Shown here piece after piece: positions 51,975 through 61,723 of a DNA stretch of 64,000 nt; position 1 is the stretch's first letter; the number at the start of each line of letters is the position of its first letter. Under the pieces are notes generated by a model. The model made no database searches. It saw only the letters and a list, made by a program, of their open reading frames with translations, and had not been told where the DNA came from. This DNA comes from an uncultured Alphaproteobacteria bacterium (GTDB lineage Bacteria; Pseudomonadota; Alphaproteobacteria; Rhizobiales; Xanthobacteraceae), in the NCBI GenBank assembly GCA_963739945.1, contig CAVUCN010000017.1, positions 81,689 through 145,688 on the forward strand, written 5' to 3'. The position numbers and the translations under genes are program-made.

Positions 51975-52035
51975 TATTTTGTGATTATCCGGCGTAACCG
52001 CCGCTGCTTAAACGAGTCCGGCGTACCGCCGGATA

Positions 52036-52635
52036 TTAGTTGCCGCTCAGCTTGTCGACCTTGCGCTGCATATCTTCAAGCTGACGCTTGAGGTCGTCGA
52101 TATCGCCGCCCTTGGCTGGCGACTTCTCGGCTTCAGCCGCGCCATCGCCGCCCTGCACTTCGCGACGCGCGAACGGGGTGAACATGGCGAAGGCGCGCTC
52201 GAACATTTCCATGTTCCGCCGCGCATGCTCTTCCAGCGCACCGAACGGACTGCCGCCGAATGCCTGCGCCATCTGGTTGCGGAACTTTTCCTGCTCGCGG
52301 GTGAGCGATGCGATCGAGATGTCGAGATAGCGCGGCACCAGCATGCCCATGCTGTCGCCGTAGAAGCGGATGAGCTGGCGGAGGAACGTGATGGGCAGAA
52401 GATTTTGCCCTTCCTTGTTCTCCTGCTCGAATATGATCTGCGTCAGCACCGAGCGGGTGATTTCCTCGCCGCTCTTGGCGTCGTAGACGACGAAATCCTC
52501 GCCGGACTTGACCATCGAGGCGAGGTCTTCGAGCGTGACGTAGGTACTTGTGCCGGTATTGTAGAGCCGCCGGTTGGCGTATTTCTTGATCGTAATAGGT
52601 TCGGCGGTTTTGGTCGTCGTGCTGGTATCGGACAT
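52036..52635 (-). CDS. phaR: Polyhydroxyalkanoate synthesis repressor PhaR
   Basis: MSDTSTTTKTAEPITIKKYANRRLYNTGTSTYVTLEDLASMVKSGEDFVVYDAKSGEEITRSVLTQIIFEQE...LPITFLRQLIRFYG... Divergent from phaA. Confidence 0.93.
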   Translation of the reverse strand: MSDTSTTTKTAEPITIKKYANRRLYNTGTSTYVTLEDLASMVKSGEDFVVYDAKSGEEITRSVLTQIIFEQENKEGQNLLPITFLRQLIRFYGDSMGMLVPRYLDISIASLTREQEKFRNQMAQAFGGSPFGALEEHARRNMEMFERAFAMFTPFARREVQGGDGAAEAEKSPAKGGDIDDLKRQLEDMQRKVDKLSGN

Positions 52636-52839
52636 GCGGCAATCACCCAACTGTGCTTCTAAAGTAGGCGGTTTCGCAGGGCACGGCTACCGTTTTGTGA
52701 TGCGTCCTTGCCGCACGGCAGTCTTGTCGAGGGCGGGTCACGTCCTTATGACATAGGGGAGCTATTCAAGCGGCCAGCCCGCACGCCGGATAACGGCAGA
52801 ATACCCGCCAAGTAACCCAAAGCCTGGAAGGACTTTTCC

Positions 52840-54016
<1,177 letters not shown>

Positions 54017-54048
54017 GCGGCAACAACCCGTTCTAGAATCACATCAGC

Positions 54049-54136
54049 GTCATGGCCGGGCTTGTCCCGGCCATCCACGTCTTTAAGCTGGCTCAAAAAG
54101 CAAGACGTGGATGCCCGGCGTAAAGTCGGGCACGAC
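54049..54136. repeat. REP-like composite palindrome, family B
   Basis: gtcatggccgggcttgtcccggccatccacgtc ... gacgtggatgcccggcgtaaagtcgggcacgac, in the phaA-phaB intergenic region. Related to 36527-36605. Confidence 0.8.
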
Positions 54137-54156
54137 GAGTAGCCAGGGAGGACATC

Positions 54157-54884
54157 ATGGCCCGCGTTGCGTTGGTGACGGGTGGTACGCGCGGCATTGG
54201 CGCGGCGATCTGCAAGGCACTCAAGGCCGCCGGCTACACGGTGGCCGCCAATTACGCCGGCAACGACGAAGCGGCGCAGACAAGTTCAAGGCCGAGACCG
54301 GCGTCAATGTCTACAAATGGGACGTGTCGTCGTTCGACGCCTGCGCCGCCGGCATCAAACAGGTCGAAGCCGAGCTTGGCCCGATCGAAGTGCTGGTCAA
54401 CAACGCCGGCATCACCCGCGACTGCCAACTCCATCGCATGAAGCCCGAGCAGTGGACCGCGGTCATCAACACCAATCTCAATTCGCTGTTCAACATGTGC
54501 CGCAACGTCATCGAAGGCATGCGGGAACGCAAATTCGGCCGCGTCGTCAACATTTCGTCGATCAACGGCCAAAAAGGCCAGTTCGGCCAGGTGAACTATT
54601 CCGCGGCCAAAGCCGGCGAGATCGGCTTCACCAAGGCGCTGGCGCAGGAAGGCGCGCGCGCCGGCATCACCGTCAATGCGATCTGTCCCGGCTACATCAA
54701 CACCGAAATGGTGCAGGCGGTGCCAAAGGACGTGCTGGAGAAAAACATCCTGCCGTTAATTCCGATCGGCCGGCTCGGCGAGCCGGAGGAGATCGCGCGC
54801 TGCGTGGTGTTTCTCGCCTCCGACGACGCCGGCCTGATCACCGGCGCGACGCTGACGGCAAACGGCGGGCAGTACTTCGCCTAA
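54157..54884 (+). pseudogene. phaB: Acetoacetyl-CoA reductase; frame broken near 54278
   Basis: [40 protein letters not shown]. After an apparent 1-nt deletion it continues [48 protein letters not shown]...SSINGQKGQFGQVNYSAAKAGEIGFTKALA...LTANGGQYFA (SDR YxxxK). Confidence 0.93.
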
Positions 54885-54899
54885 TTCCGGATTCCGGCA

Positions 54900-55253
54900 A
54901 TGAACGGTGCACCGGCACCGATTGATGCGCAATCGCTGAAGGCACTCGTCGAGAGCGAGCTCGCCGGGATATCCGATGGAGGTGTCCTGGCGCGCGTTCG
55001 CACAATGCTGGTCGAGCCGGAAGTCGTCCTGCGCAGTTGGGACTACGGCAATGTGGGCGAGCGCTATCAATGCTGGACCGTGCTCAGGGTCCCGCCGCCC
55101 AGAGGTTTCGACATCGCCTATTGTCAGCGCGGATTTGGTCCGGCCTTTCCATGGGGCATCGTCAGCGCTGACGAGTTCACCATTGGCAACGACGGCGGCT
55201 GGTTCGAGACGTTTGTCGAGGCACTGTCGTCGTCAGGTCTGCTGCGCGCTTGA
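54900..55253 (+). CDS. Orphan hypothetical protein (117 aa)
   Basis: MNGAPAPIDAQSLKALVESELAGISDGGVLARVRTMLVEPEVVLRSWDYGNVGERYQCWTVLRVPPPRGFDIAYCQRGFGPAFPWGIVSADEFTIGNDGGWFETFVEALSSSGLLRA. I recognise no family. It has an intact ORF with GC3-rich codons and is bracketed by the phaB-3' direct repeats. Confidence 0.45.
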   Translation: MNGAPAPIDAQSLKALVESELAGISDGGVLARVRTMLVEPEVVLRSWDYGNVGERYQCWTVLRVPPPRGFDIAYCQRGFGPAFPWGIVSADEFTIGNDGGWFETFVEALSSSGLLRA

Positions 55254-55283
55254 GCGCCGCGACTGCCGCGCCAAGCCGCGCGG

Positions 55284-55317
55284 CGCTGACGGCAAACGGC
55301 AGGCAATATTCCGCCTG
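55284..55317 (+). repeat. Degenerate second copy of the last 11 codons of phaB (direct repeat of 54851-54884)
   Basis: Copy 1, 54851-54884: gctgacggcaaacggcgggcagtacttcgcctaa. Copy 2, 55284-55317: gctgacggcaaacggcaggcaatattccgcctga. 29 of 34 positions are identical and both end in a stop codon. The copies are 433 nt apart. Confidence 0.8.
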
Positions 55318-55364
55318 AGCTCCTATATATTCCGCGGCACGGTTATTTTGGGCAGCGGAACAGC

Positions 55365-57050
55365 ATGGCATCTTCACCTCAGACGCTGATCGAACAGCGT
55401 CACGATCAAATGTTTCCCAAGCTCGATCCGATTGAGATCGAGCGGGTGCGGCATCTCGGGAGAACCGCAGGCTTTCGCCGCCGGTGAAACGCTATTAGCC
55501 GCCGGCCAAATCGGTCCCGGCCTGATGATTATTTTCTCCGGAAAAGTGGACGTCACGTATCGGGAGTCCTCCGGTCGCCTGCAAACAATCGTCAGCCACG
55601 AGCCCGGGCGAATTCATCGGCGAACTGGCGCAGATGGCCGGCCGGCCGGCTTTGGTCGACGCAACGGCAACCGAAGCGGTGCAGGCGCTGGTGATCCAAC
55701 CCAGCCGGCTGCGTTCGCTGTTTATCGCCGAGGCCGATCTCGGCGAGCGGATCATGCGCGCCCTGATCCTGCGCCGCGTCGGTCTTCTGGAAACCCAGGC
55801 CGGCCCGATCATCGTTGGCCAGGCCGAAAACGGCGACGTGCTGCGGCTGCAGGTTTTCCTCCGCCGCAGCGGCTATCCCCATCGCCTGCTCGATCCCGCC
55901 ACCGACACCGAGGCAAAAACCCTGATCGAGCGCTTTCACGTCGATCCAGGGCAACTGCCGATCGTGCTTTGTCAGGGCGGACAGTTGCTGCGCAATCCGA
56001 ATGAAAATGAGCTTGCCCGTTGCCTCGGACTTGTCGGCCCGATCGATCCGGCGCGGGTTTTCGACGTCGCCGTTGTCGGCGCGGGACCTGCGGGACTTGC
56101 AACCGCCGTCTATGCCGCATCCGAGGGACTTTCCGTTTTGGTGCTCGATTGCCGCGCTTTCGGCGGCCAGGCCGGAGCGTCGGCCAGAATTGAAAATTAC
56201 CTGGGCTTTCCGACCGGCATTACTGGCCTGGCGCTGATGGCACGCGCCTACAATCAGGCGCAAAAATTCGGTGCCGAAATGGCGATCCCCGATCAGGTCA
56301 ACGGATTGGACGAAGACGGCAATCACTTCGTTCTGCGGCTTGATAACGGCGAACGCGTCACCGCGCGCGCGGTGGTGATTGCGAGTGGCGCACGTTACCG
56401 CCGGCTCGGAGTCCATAACCTCGACGCATTCGAAGCATCGAGCGTGCATTATTGGGCTTCGCCGCTTGAGGCCAAGCTCTGTTCAAGTCAGGCTATTGCG
56501 CTGGTCGGCGCCGGCAACTCGGCCGGTCAGGCCGCGGTCTATCTCGCAAGCCAGGGCGCCAGAGTGAAGATGATTGTGCGCGGCGCCGATCTCGGCGCAA
56601 CCATGTCGCGCTATCTGGTCGACCGCATTGAAGGCAACGCCAATATCGAGGTCATGACACGCGCATCCATCTCGAGCCTTGATGGGAACGACGGAATTCT
56701 TGAAACGGTGCGCTACCGGCAAGCAACCGGCGCAGAGAAATCCGAGTCGATCCGACATCTGTTCCTTTTCATCGGCGCCGAGCCGAACACCGACTGGCTG
56801 GCCGGTTCGGACGTTGCGCTCGACGCCAAAGGCTTCGTGTTAACCGGCGCAGAGCCGGTTCCGATCGCCATCCGCTGGAGACCAGCCGCCGCGGCGTGTT
56901 CGCCATCGGCGACGTCCGCGCCAATTCGGTCAAGCGCGTCGCTGCCGCGGTCGGCGAGGGCGCCCAGGTCGTCGCGGCCTTACACTCCTACCTTGCTGCG
57001 CGCACGGCGATCCGATTACGCAGGCGCCCAGCCTTTCGGCCCGAACTTAA
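55365..57050 (+). pseudogene. Cyclic-nucleotide-binding-domain-containing thioredoxin-disulfide-reductase-like flavoprotein; at least three frame breaks (~55460, ~55608, ~56856); 3' end unresolved
   Basis: Frame 1: MASSPQTLIEQRHDQMFPKLDPIEIERVRHLG. Frame 2: EPQAFAAGETLLAAGQIGPGLMIIFSGKVDVTYRESSGRLQTIVSHEPG (cNMP-binding beta-barrel). Frame 3: EFIGELAQMAGRPALVDATA...FDVAVVGAGPAGLATAVYAASEGL...ALVGAGNSAGQAAVYL...GFVLTGAE. Frame 4: ...RHPLETSRRGVFAIGDVRANSVKRVAAAVGEGAQVVAALHSYL. The last frame has no plausible stop before it runs antisense into the next gene. Confidence 0.8.
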
Positions 57051-58031
57051 AGCCGGCGTGCTCGTAGGCCTGATCGATCAGGCGGACGAAGCGTGCGCAG
57101 TCCTGCACGCTCACCGTCGGCGGCTTGCCGTCCTTCCAGCGATCGAGCGCATCGCGCGTCGCGGTGAAATAAGGCGCGGTGAGCTCGGTGCCGGGCAGCG
57201 TTTCGTCGCCTTTGGCCGTGGCGAATTTGAGAACGCCGTCTTTCATGGTCAGGATTCCGTGGCGTCCGGCGATCTTCCACTCGCCGTCGGTGCCATCGCG
57301 GGGAAAGCCGTTGCCGACTTCGACGGTGCCGAGAATGCCGCTCGTTGAGCGCAGCATGATCGAAGCGTAGTCCTCGACCGGACATTCATGGGCGCGGTAG
57401 CTGAGTTGCGCACCCGTCACCCGCGCGTCCTCGCCGGTCAGGTGGAGAAACATGTCGAGGCCATGCGGCGCCAGGTTGCGCGCACAGCCGCCGCCAGCTT
57501 CAGCCGGATCCATCATCCACGGACAATCCCACGCGGCGTAGCGCGGCGGCGCCGGCCGGTTGATGCGGACATAGATGTGCGACAGCGGGCCTAGCCGTCC
57601 GGAAGCGATCAGCTCGCGCGCATGGGTCGCGAATGGCGCGTAACGTTGCGCCATCGGCACCGCGGCGAATGCGTCGCGCTGTGCAGCCTTCGCCGCCACG
57701 GCGTCGACCTCAGCGGAGTTCACTCCCATCGGCTTTTCCATCAGGAACGGATAGCCGGCGTCGATCAGATCGCCGGCGATCTTCGCCATCTGGCTGTGCC
57801 GTCCCAGCGCCAGCACGAAATCGGGTCGCTTCTCCGCCAACATTGTTTTGTAGTCGGTATAGGTCGGCGGATTTCCGAACCTCTGCCGCGCGCTTCGCGA
57901 GGATTGCCGGAATCGGAATCCTGGATCGCGACCAGTTCGACGTCGGGCATCGCCAGAAGATGCCGGAGATAAGCGGCGTCGTTGAGCGCATGCCAGTGGC
58001 TGACCGCGACTGCGGCCACACGAATAGTCAT
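57016..58031 (-). pseudogene. Gfo/Idh/MocA-family oxidoreductase; two frame changes between ~57870 and ~57925
   Basis: MTIRVAAVAVSHWHALNDAAYLRHLLAMPDVELVAIQDSDS (frame 1), then ..AILAKRAAE (frame 2), then RFGNPPTYTDYKTMLAEKRPDFVLALGRHSQMAKIAGDLIDAGYPFLMEKPMGVNSAEVDAV... to ...GFKFGPKGWAPA (frame 3, ORF 57016..58116). Confidence 0.7.
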
Positions 58032-58070
58032 AAGCCCCCCTTTGCTCGCACCGGCCCGGCGATGACGGAC

Positions 58071-58838
58071 CTAAAACTTGTTCTTGCGTTCGCGGATTTC
58101 GGCAAACACCTGCCACGCCGGCTTGCCGGAGAGGCCCAGCGATTTCGCCACTTCGGCATCGTCGGCGCGCAGGAACGGATTTTCGGCTTTCTCCGCGCCG
58201 ATGGTCGCCGGAATGGTTGCCTTACCCGCGGCGAGCTGACGCTTCACGTCGTCGGCGCGTGCCGCCAGCGCCTTGTTGTGCGGCTCGATGGTCTTCGCGA
58301 ACCGGATGTTGGCATCGGTATATTCGTGGCCGCAGAAGAATTGCGTGTCGTCCGGCAGCGCGCGGAGCTTGAGCAGCGAATTCCACATCATCTCCGGATT
58401 GCCTTCGATGACGCGGCCGCAGCCGATCGAGAACAGCGTGTCGCCGACGAAGGCGAGTTTGTCCGCCGGCAGGAAGTACGAGATATGGCCCGCGGTGTGC
58501 CCGGGCGTTTCGATCACACGGGCCGCGAGACCGCCGACCTTCACGGTATCGCCCTCGCCCACGGTTTCATCGACATGCGCGATGCGTTGCGCTTCGGCGC
58601 GTGGCGCGACCACGCGGCATTTGTGGCGCGCCTTGATCTCGCCGATACCCTGGGTGTGATCGGCGTGATGATGGGTGACCAGAATATCGGTCAGTTTCCA
58701 GCCGGTCTTTTGCAGCGCGGCTTCGACCGGCGCCGCTTCCGGCACGTCGATCGATGCCGTGGCGCCGCTCGCCGGATCGTGCAGCAGCACGCCGAAATTG
58801 TCCTTCAGACAGGGGAACAGATAGGTCTGCGCGGGCAT
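58071..58838 (-). CDS. gloB: Hydroxyacylglutathione hydrolase (glyoxalase II)
   Basis: MPAQTYLFPCLKDNFGVLLHDPASGATASIDVP...ILVTHHHADHTQG (HxHxDH)...TPGHTAGHISYF...FVGDTLFSIGCGR...FCGHEYT... Confidence 0.93.
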   Translation of the reverse strand: MPAQTYLFPCLKDNFGVLLHDPASGATASIDVPEAAPVEAALQKTGWKLTDILVTHHHADHTQGIGEIKARHKCRVVAPRAEAQRIAHVDETVGEGDTVKVGGLAARVIETPGHTAGHISYFLPADKLAFVGDTLFSIGCGRVIEGNPEMMWNSLLKLRALPDDTQFFCGHEYTDANIRFAKTIEPHNKALAARADDVKRQLAAGKATIPATIGAEKAENPFLRADDAEVAKSLGLSGKPAWQVFAEIRERKNKF

Positions 58839-58988
58839 GGTTCTCACCGTGATTCGTTCCGGGCATTGACGATAAGGTCACAAGTAGGCACGCCGAACTA
58901 TTAACCGCAAGGTCAGGGAGTATGGATTCCGGGCTCCTCGCTGCACTCGGCCCCGGAATGACAAGGCAATCCGTGCTATTTTGACGCC

Positions 58989-59726
58989 ATGGATGTTGTC
59001 GACCTTCGCAACTTCTACGCCCAGCGCCTCGGCGTCGTGGCGCGCCGCTTCATCGGCCGCGGCATCCGCGCGCGCTGGAAAGACACCCGCGCGATGCGCG
59101 TGCTCGGTGTCGGCTATGCCACGCCCTATCTCGGACTGTTTCGCGAGGAAGCCGAGCGATGCCTGGCGTTGATGCCGGCGCCGCAAGGCGTGGTGCGCTG
59201 GCCATCGACACGGCCGGCGCTCGCCGCGCTGGTCGAAGAGGACGAACTGCCGCTGACCGACGCGGCGGTGGACCGCATCCTGCTCGTGCACGCGCTGGAA
59301 ATGTCGGCAGACCCGATGGAGCTGTTGCGCGAATCCTGGCGCGTGCTGGCGGCTGGCGGGCGGCTGCTTGTCGTGGTGCCGAACCGGCGCGGCGTCTGGG
59401 CGCGCATGGACACCACGCCGTTCGGTCATGGCCGGCCTTATTCGCGCTCGCAGATCATGCAGCTGCTGCGCGAGACCTGGTTCACGCCGACCGGCTGGGA
59501 CGAAGCGCTCTATGTGCCGCCGATCCAGCGCGGCTGGTTCCTGCGCTCGGCGCCGGCGTGGGAGCGTGCCGGCGCGATGGTCGCCTCGCCATTCGCCGGT
59601 GTGCACATCGTCGAAGCGACCAAGCAGGTTTACCGCGCGATCCCGGCGCGGCGCGAGAAACGCCGCCTCGTCCCGTCACTCGAACCGGTGCTGGCGCCCT
59701 CGCCCGGCGCGGCGGCGATGCGCTGA
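58989..59726 (+). CDS. Class I SAM-dependent methyltransferase
   Basis: MDVVDLRNFYAQRLGVVARRFIGRGIRARWKDTRAMRVLGVGYATPYL...VDRILLVHALEMSADPMELLRESWRVLAAGGRLLVVVPNRRG... It is divergent from gloB, an arrangement common in alphaproteobacteria, from memory. Confidence 0.7.
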   Translation: MDVVDLRNFYAQRLGVVARRFIGRGIRARWKDTRAMRVLGVGYATPYLGLFREEAERCLALMPAPQGVVRWPSTRPALAALVEEDELPLTDAAVDRILLVHALEMSADPMELLRESWRVLAAGGRLLVVVPNRRGVWARMDTTPFGHGRPYSRSQIMQLLRETWFTPTGWDEALYVPPIQRGWFLRSAPAWERAGAMVASPFAGVHIVEATKQVYRAIPARREKRRLVPSLEPVLAPSPGAAAMR

Positions 59727-59822
59727 ACGCGGTGGTATTGCACACCGTCATCGTCTGTCGCATCGTCGTCAGGGAAGCAGGACTATTTCCTGTATTTTGC
59801 AGCGCTGACGGAGTTCGGCCGC

Positions 59823-60903
59823 GTGACAGCATCGGGAACACAAGGCGCATTATCTCCCCTGGCACAGCCGGTCGTTCAGGCGCTGACGCGCGCCGCCATT
59901 TTCCTGGTGGTGACGATAAAACCCGGCGCCGACAGCCGCGCCGCTCTCCGGGCGTTCGGCGGCGACGATCTCCCGGCGCTGGTCCGCGCCGTCGGCTTCC
60001 GCGACATCGAGGGCAACCTGTCCTGCGTGATGGGGATCGGATCGGAGGCCTGGGACAAAATCTTCGGCGGGCCTCGTCCGGCCGAACTGCATCCCTTTCG
60101 CGAGATCAAGTCCGGACTCGCGCCACGCCGTCGCCACGCCCGGCGACCTGCTGTTTCACATCCGCGCCAAGCGGATGGATCTTTGCTTTGAACTGGCGAC
60201 CCAGATCATGACCCGGCTCGGCGACGCCGTTGAGCCGGTCGAGGAATTGCATGGCTTCCGCTATTTCGACGACCGCGATCTCATCGGCTTTGTCGACGGC
60301 ACGGAGAATCCGACGGATCAGGCGGCGATCGATGCGGTGACGATCGGCGCCGAAGATGCCGCGTTCGCCGGCGGCAGTTATGTCATCGTGCAAAAATACC
60401 TGCACGATCTGAAAGGCTGGAACGCGCTGTCCACCGAAGCGCAGGAGCGCATCATCGGCCGCACCAAGCTGTCGGACATCGAACTCGACGATGCGGTCAA
60501 GCCGACATCCGCCCACAACGCGCTGACCACGATTGTCGAGAACGGCAAGGAAATAGATATCGTTCGCGACAACATGTCGTTCGGCAACGCCGCAGCCGGC
60601 GAGTTCGGCACCTATTTCATCGGCTATGCGCGCTCGCCGCGAACGATCGAGCAGATGCTGGAAAACATGTTCATCGGCCGTCCTCCGGGCAATTACGACC
60701 GGCTGCTGGATTTCAGCGTCGCCAAGACCGGCAGCCTGTTTTTCGTGCCGTCGGCAACATTTCTCGAAACCGCAACCGGCAGCGCAACGACAGCGGATGC
60801 GACGCCTGCCGATGCAACGCCTCCCGAAGCGCCGGTAGCCACGCCGCCGCGTGACGGTTCGCTTGGTATCGGTTCCCTCAAAGGAGACCATTCTCATGAA
60901 TAA
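59823..60903 (+). pseudogene. Dye-decolorizing (DyP-type) peroxidase with a C-terminal encapsulin cargo-loading peptide; frame broken near 60120
   Basis: (GTG) TASGTQGALSPLAQPVVQALTRAAIFLVVTIKPGADSR...ELHPFREIKSG. The next frame continues RHAVATPGDLLFHIRAKRMDLCFELATQIM...ELHGFRYFDDRDLIGFVDGTENP (the DyP GxxDG region)...GEFGTYFIGYARSP...GSLFFVPS. An Ala/Thr/Pro linker follows, and the protein ends PRDGSLGIGSLKGDHSHE. Confidence 0.88.
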
Positions 60904-61723
60904 TCTTTATCGCGAGCTTGCCCCGATTTCAGAAGCGGCATGGGCGGACATCGAGGAAGAAACGACGCGCACGCTCAAGCGCTATCTCGCTGCTCGGCAT
61001 GTTGTGGACGTGCATGGCCCCGGCGGCGTCGCACTTCCGGCCATCGGCACCGGCCATCTGCGTACGATCAAGACACCGGATCAGGGAATTATTGCGCGAC
61101 AGCGCGAAGTGAATGCCATGGTCGAGCTTCGTGTGCCCTTCGAGCTCAACCGCCAGCAGATCGATGACGTGGAACGCGGCGCCGAGGACTCCGACTGGCA
61201 ACCGGCGAAAGATGCCGCGCGCCTTCTCGCCTTTGCGGAGGACCGCGCCGTGTTCGACGGCTACGCGGCGGGTGGCATCGGCGGTATCCGTCAGGGCACC
61301 AGCAATCCGGTGATGACGCTTCCAGCAGACGTGCGCGCCTATCCTGATGTTATCGCGCAGGCGCTGACGCAGTTACGCCAGGTCGGCGTCAACGGTCCGT
61401 ATTCCGTGGTGTTAAGCGCCGATGCCTATACCGGACTGAGCGAAACCAGCGACCATGGCTATCCGGTGATGGAGCACGTCAAACGGCTGGTAGATGGCGA
61501 GATCGTCTGGGCTCCTGCGATTGCAGGTGCTTTTGTGCTCACCACTCGCGGCGGCGACTTCGATTTCCATATCGGCCAGGACATATCGATCGGTTATTTG
61601 AGCCATACCGACACGGCCGTGCGTCTTTACCTGCAGGAGACATTCACATTCCTCCTGCTCACCACCGAGGCTTCCGTGGCATTAAATCCCGCCGGCAGCG
61701 GACGCTCGAAATCGGCGCGGTGA
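60896..61723 (+). CDS. Family 1 encapsulin nanocompartment shell protein (linocin M18-like, HK97 fold)
   Basis: MNNLYRELAPISEAAWADIEEETTRTLKRYLAARHVVDVHGPGGVALPAIGTGHL...VELRVPFELNRQQIDDVERGAEDSDWQPAKDAARLLAFAEDRAVFDGY...GPYSVVLSADAY...FVLTTRGGDFDFHIGQDISIGYLSHTD...VRLYLQETFTFLLLTTEASVAL. AAGGAGA RBS. The ATG overlaps the DyP stop (ATGAATAA). Confidence 0.9.
   Translation: MNNLYRELAPISEAAWADIEEETTRTLKRYLAARHVVDVHGPGGVALPAIGTGHLRTIKTPDQGIIARQREVNAMVELRVPFELNRQQIDDVERGAEDSDWQPAKDAARLLAFAEDRAVFDGYAAGGIGGIRQGTSNPVMTLPADVRAYPDVIAQALTQLRQVGVNGPYSVVLSADAYTGLSETSDHGYPVMEHVKRLVDGEIVWAPAIAGAFVLTTRGGDFDFHIGQDISIGYLSHTDTAVRLYLQETFTFLLLTTEASVALNPAGSGRSKSAR

Noticed and set aside
51988-52033. Two small hairpins (tccggcgtaaccgccg and tccggcg-tac-cgccgga) between the convergent EAL and phaR genes, considered as a bidirectional terminator
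   Set aside because: The stems are only 5-7 bp and have no adjoining T-run on either strand. They may contribute to termination, but the evidence is too weak for a feature call.
54851-55317. IS element or integron cassette as the explanation for the phaB-tail duplication
   Set aside because: There is no transposase, integrase, terminal inverted repeat or attC-like structure. A 34-nt imperfect direct repeat is far longer than typical target-site duplications. I keep it as an unexplained insertion signature rather than naming a mobile element.
56896-57348. ORF continuing the TrxR-like C-terminus for another ~100 codons
   Set aside because: After ...VAALHSYLAAR the frame reads antisense through the 3' end of the Gfo/Idh/MocA gene with nonsense composition. 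The real stop has probably been lost to another indel, so I report the 3' end only approximately.
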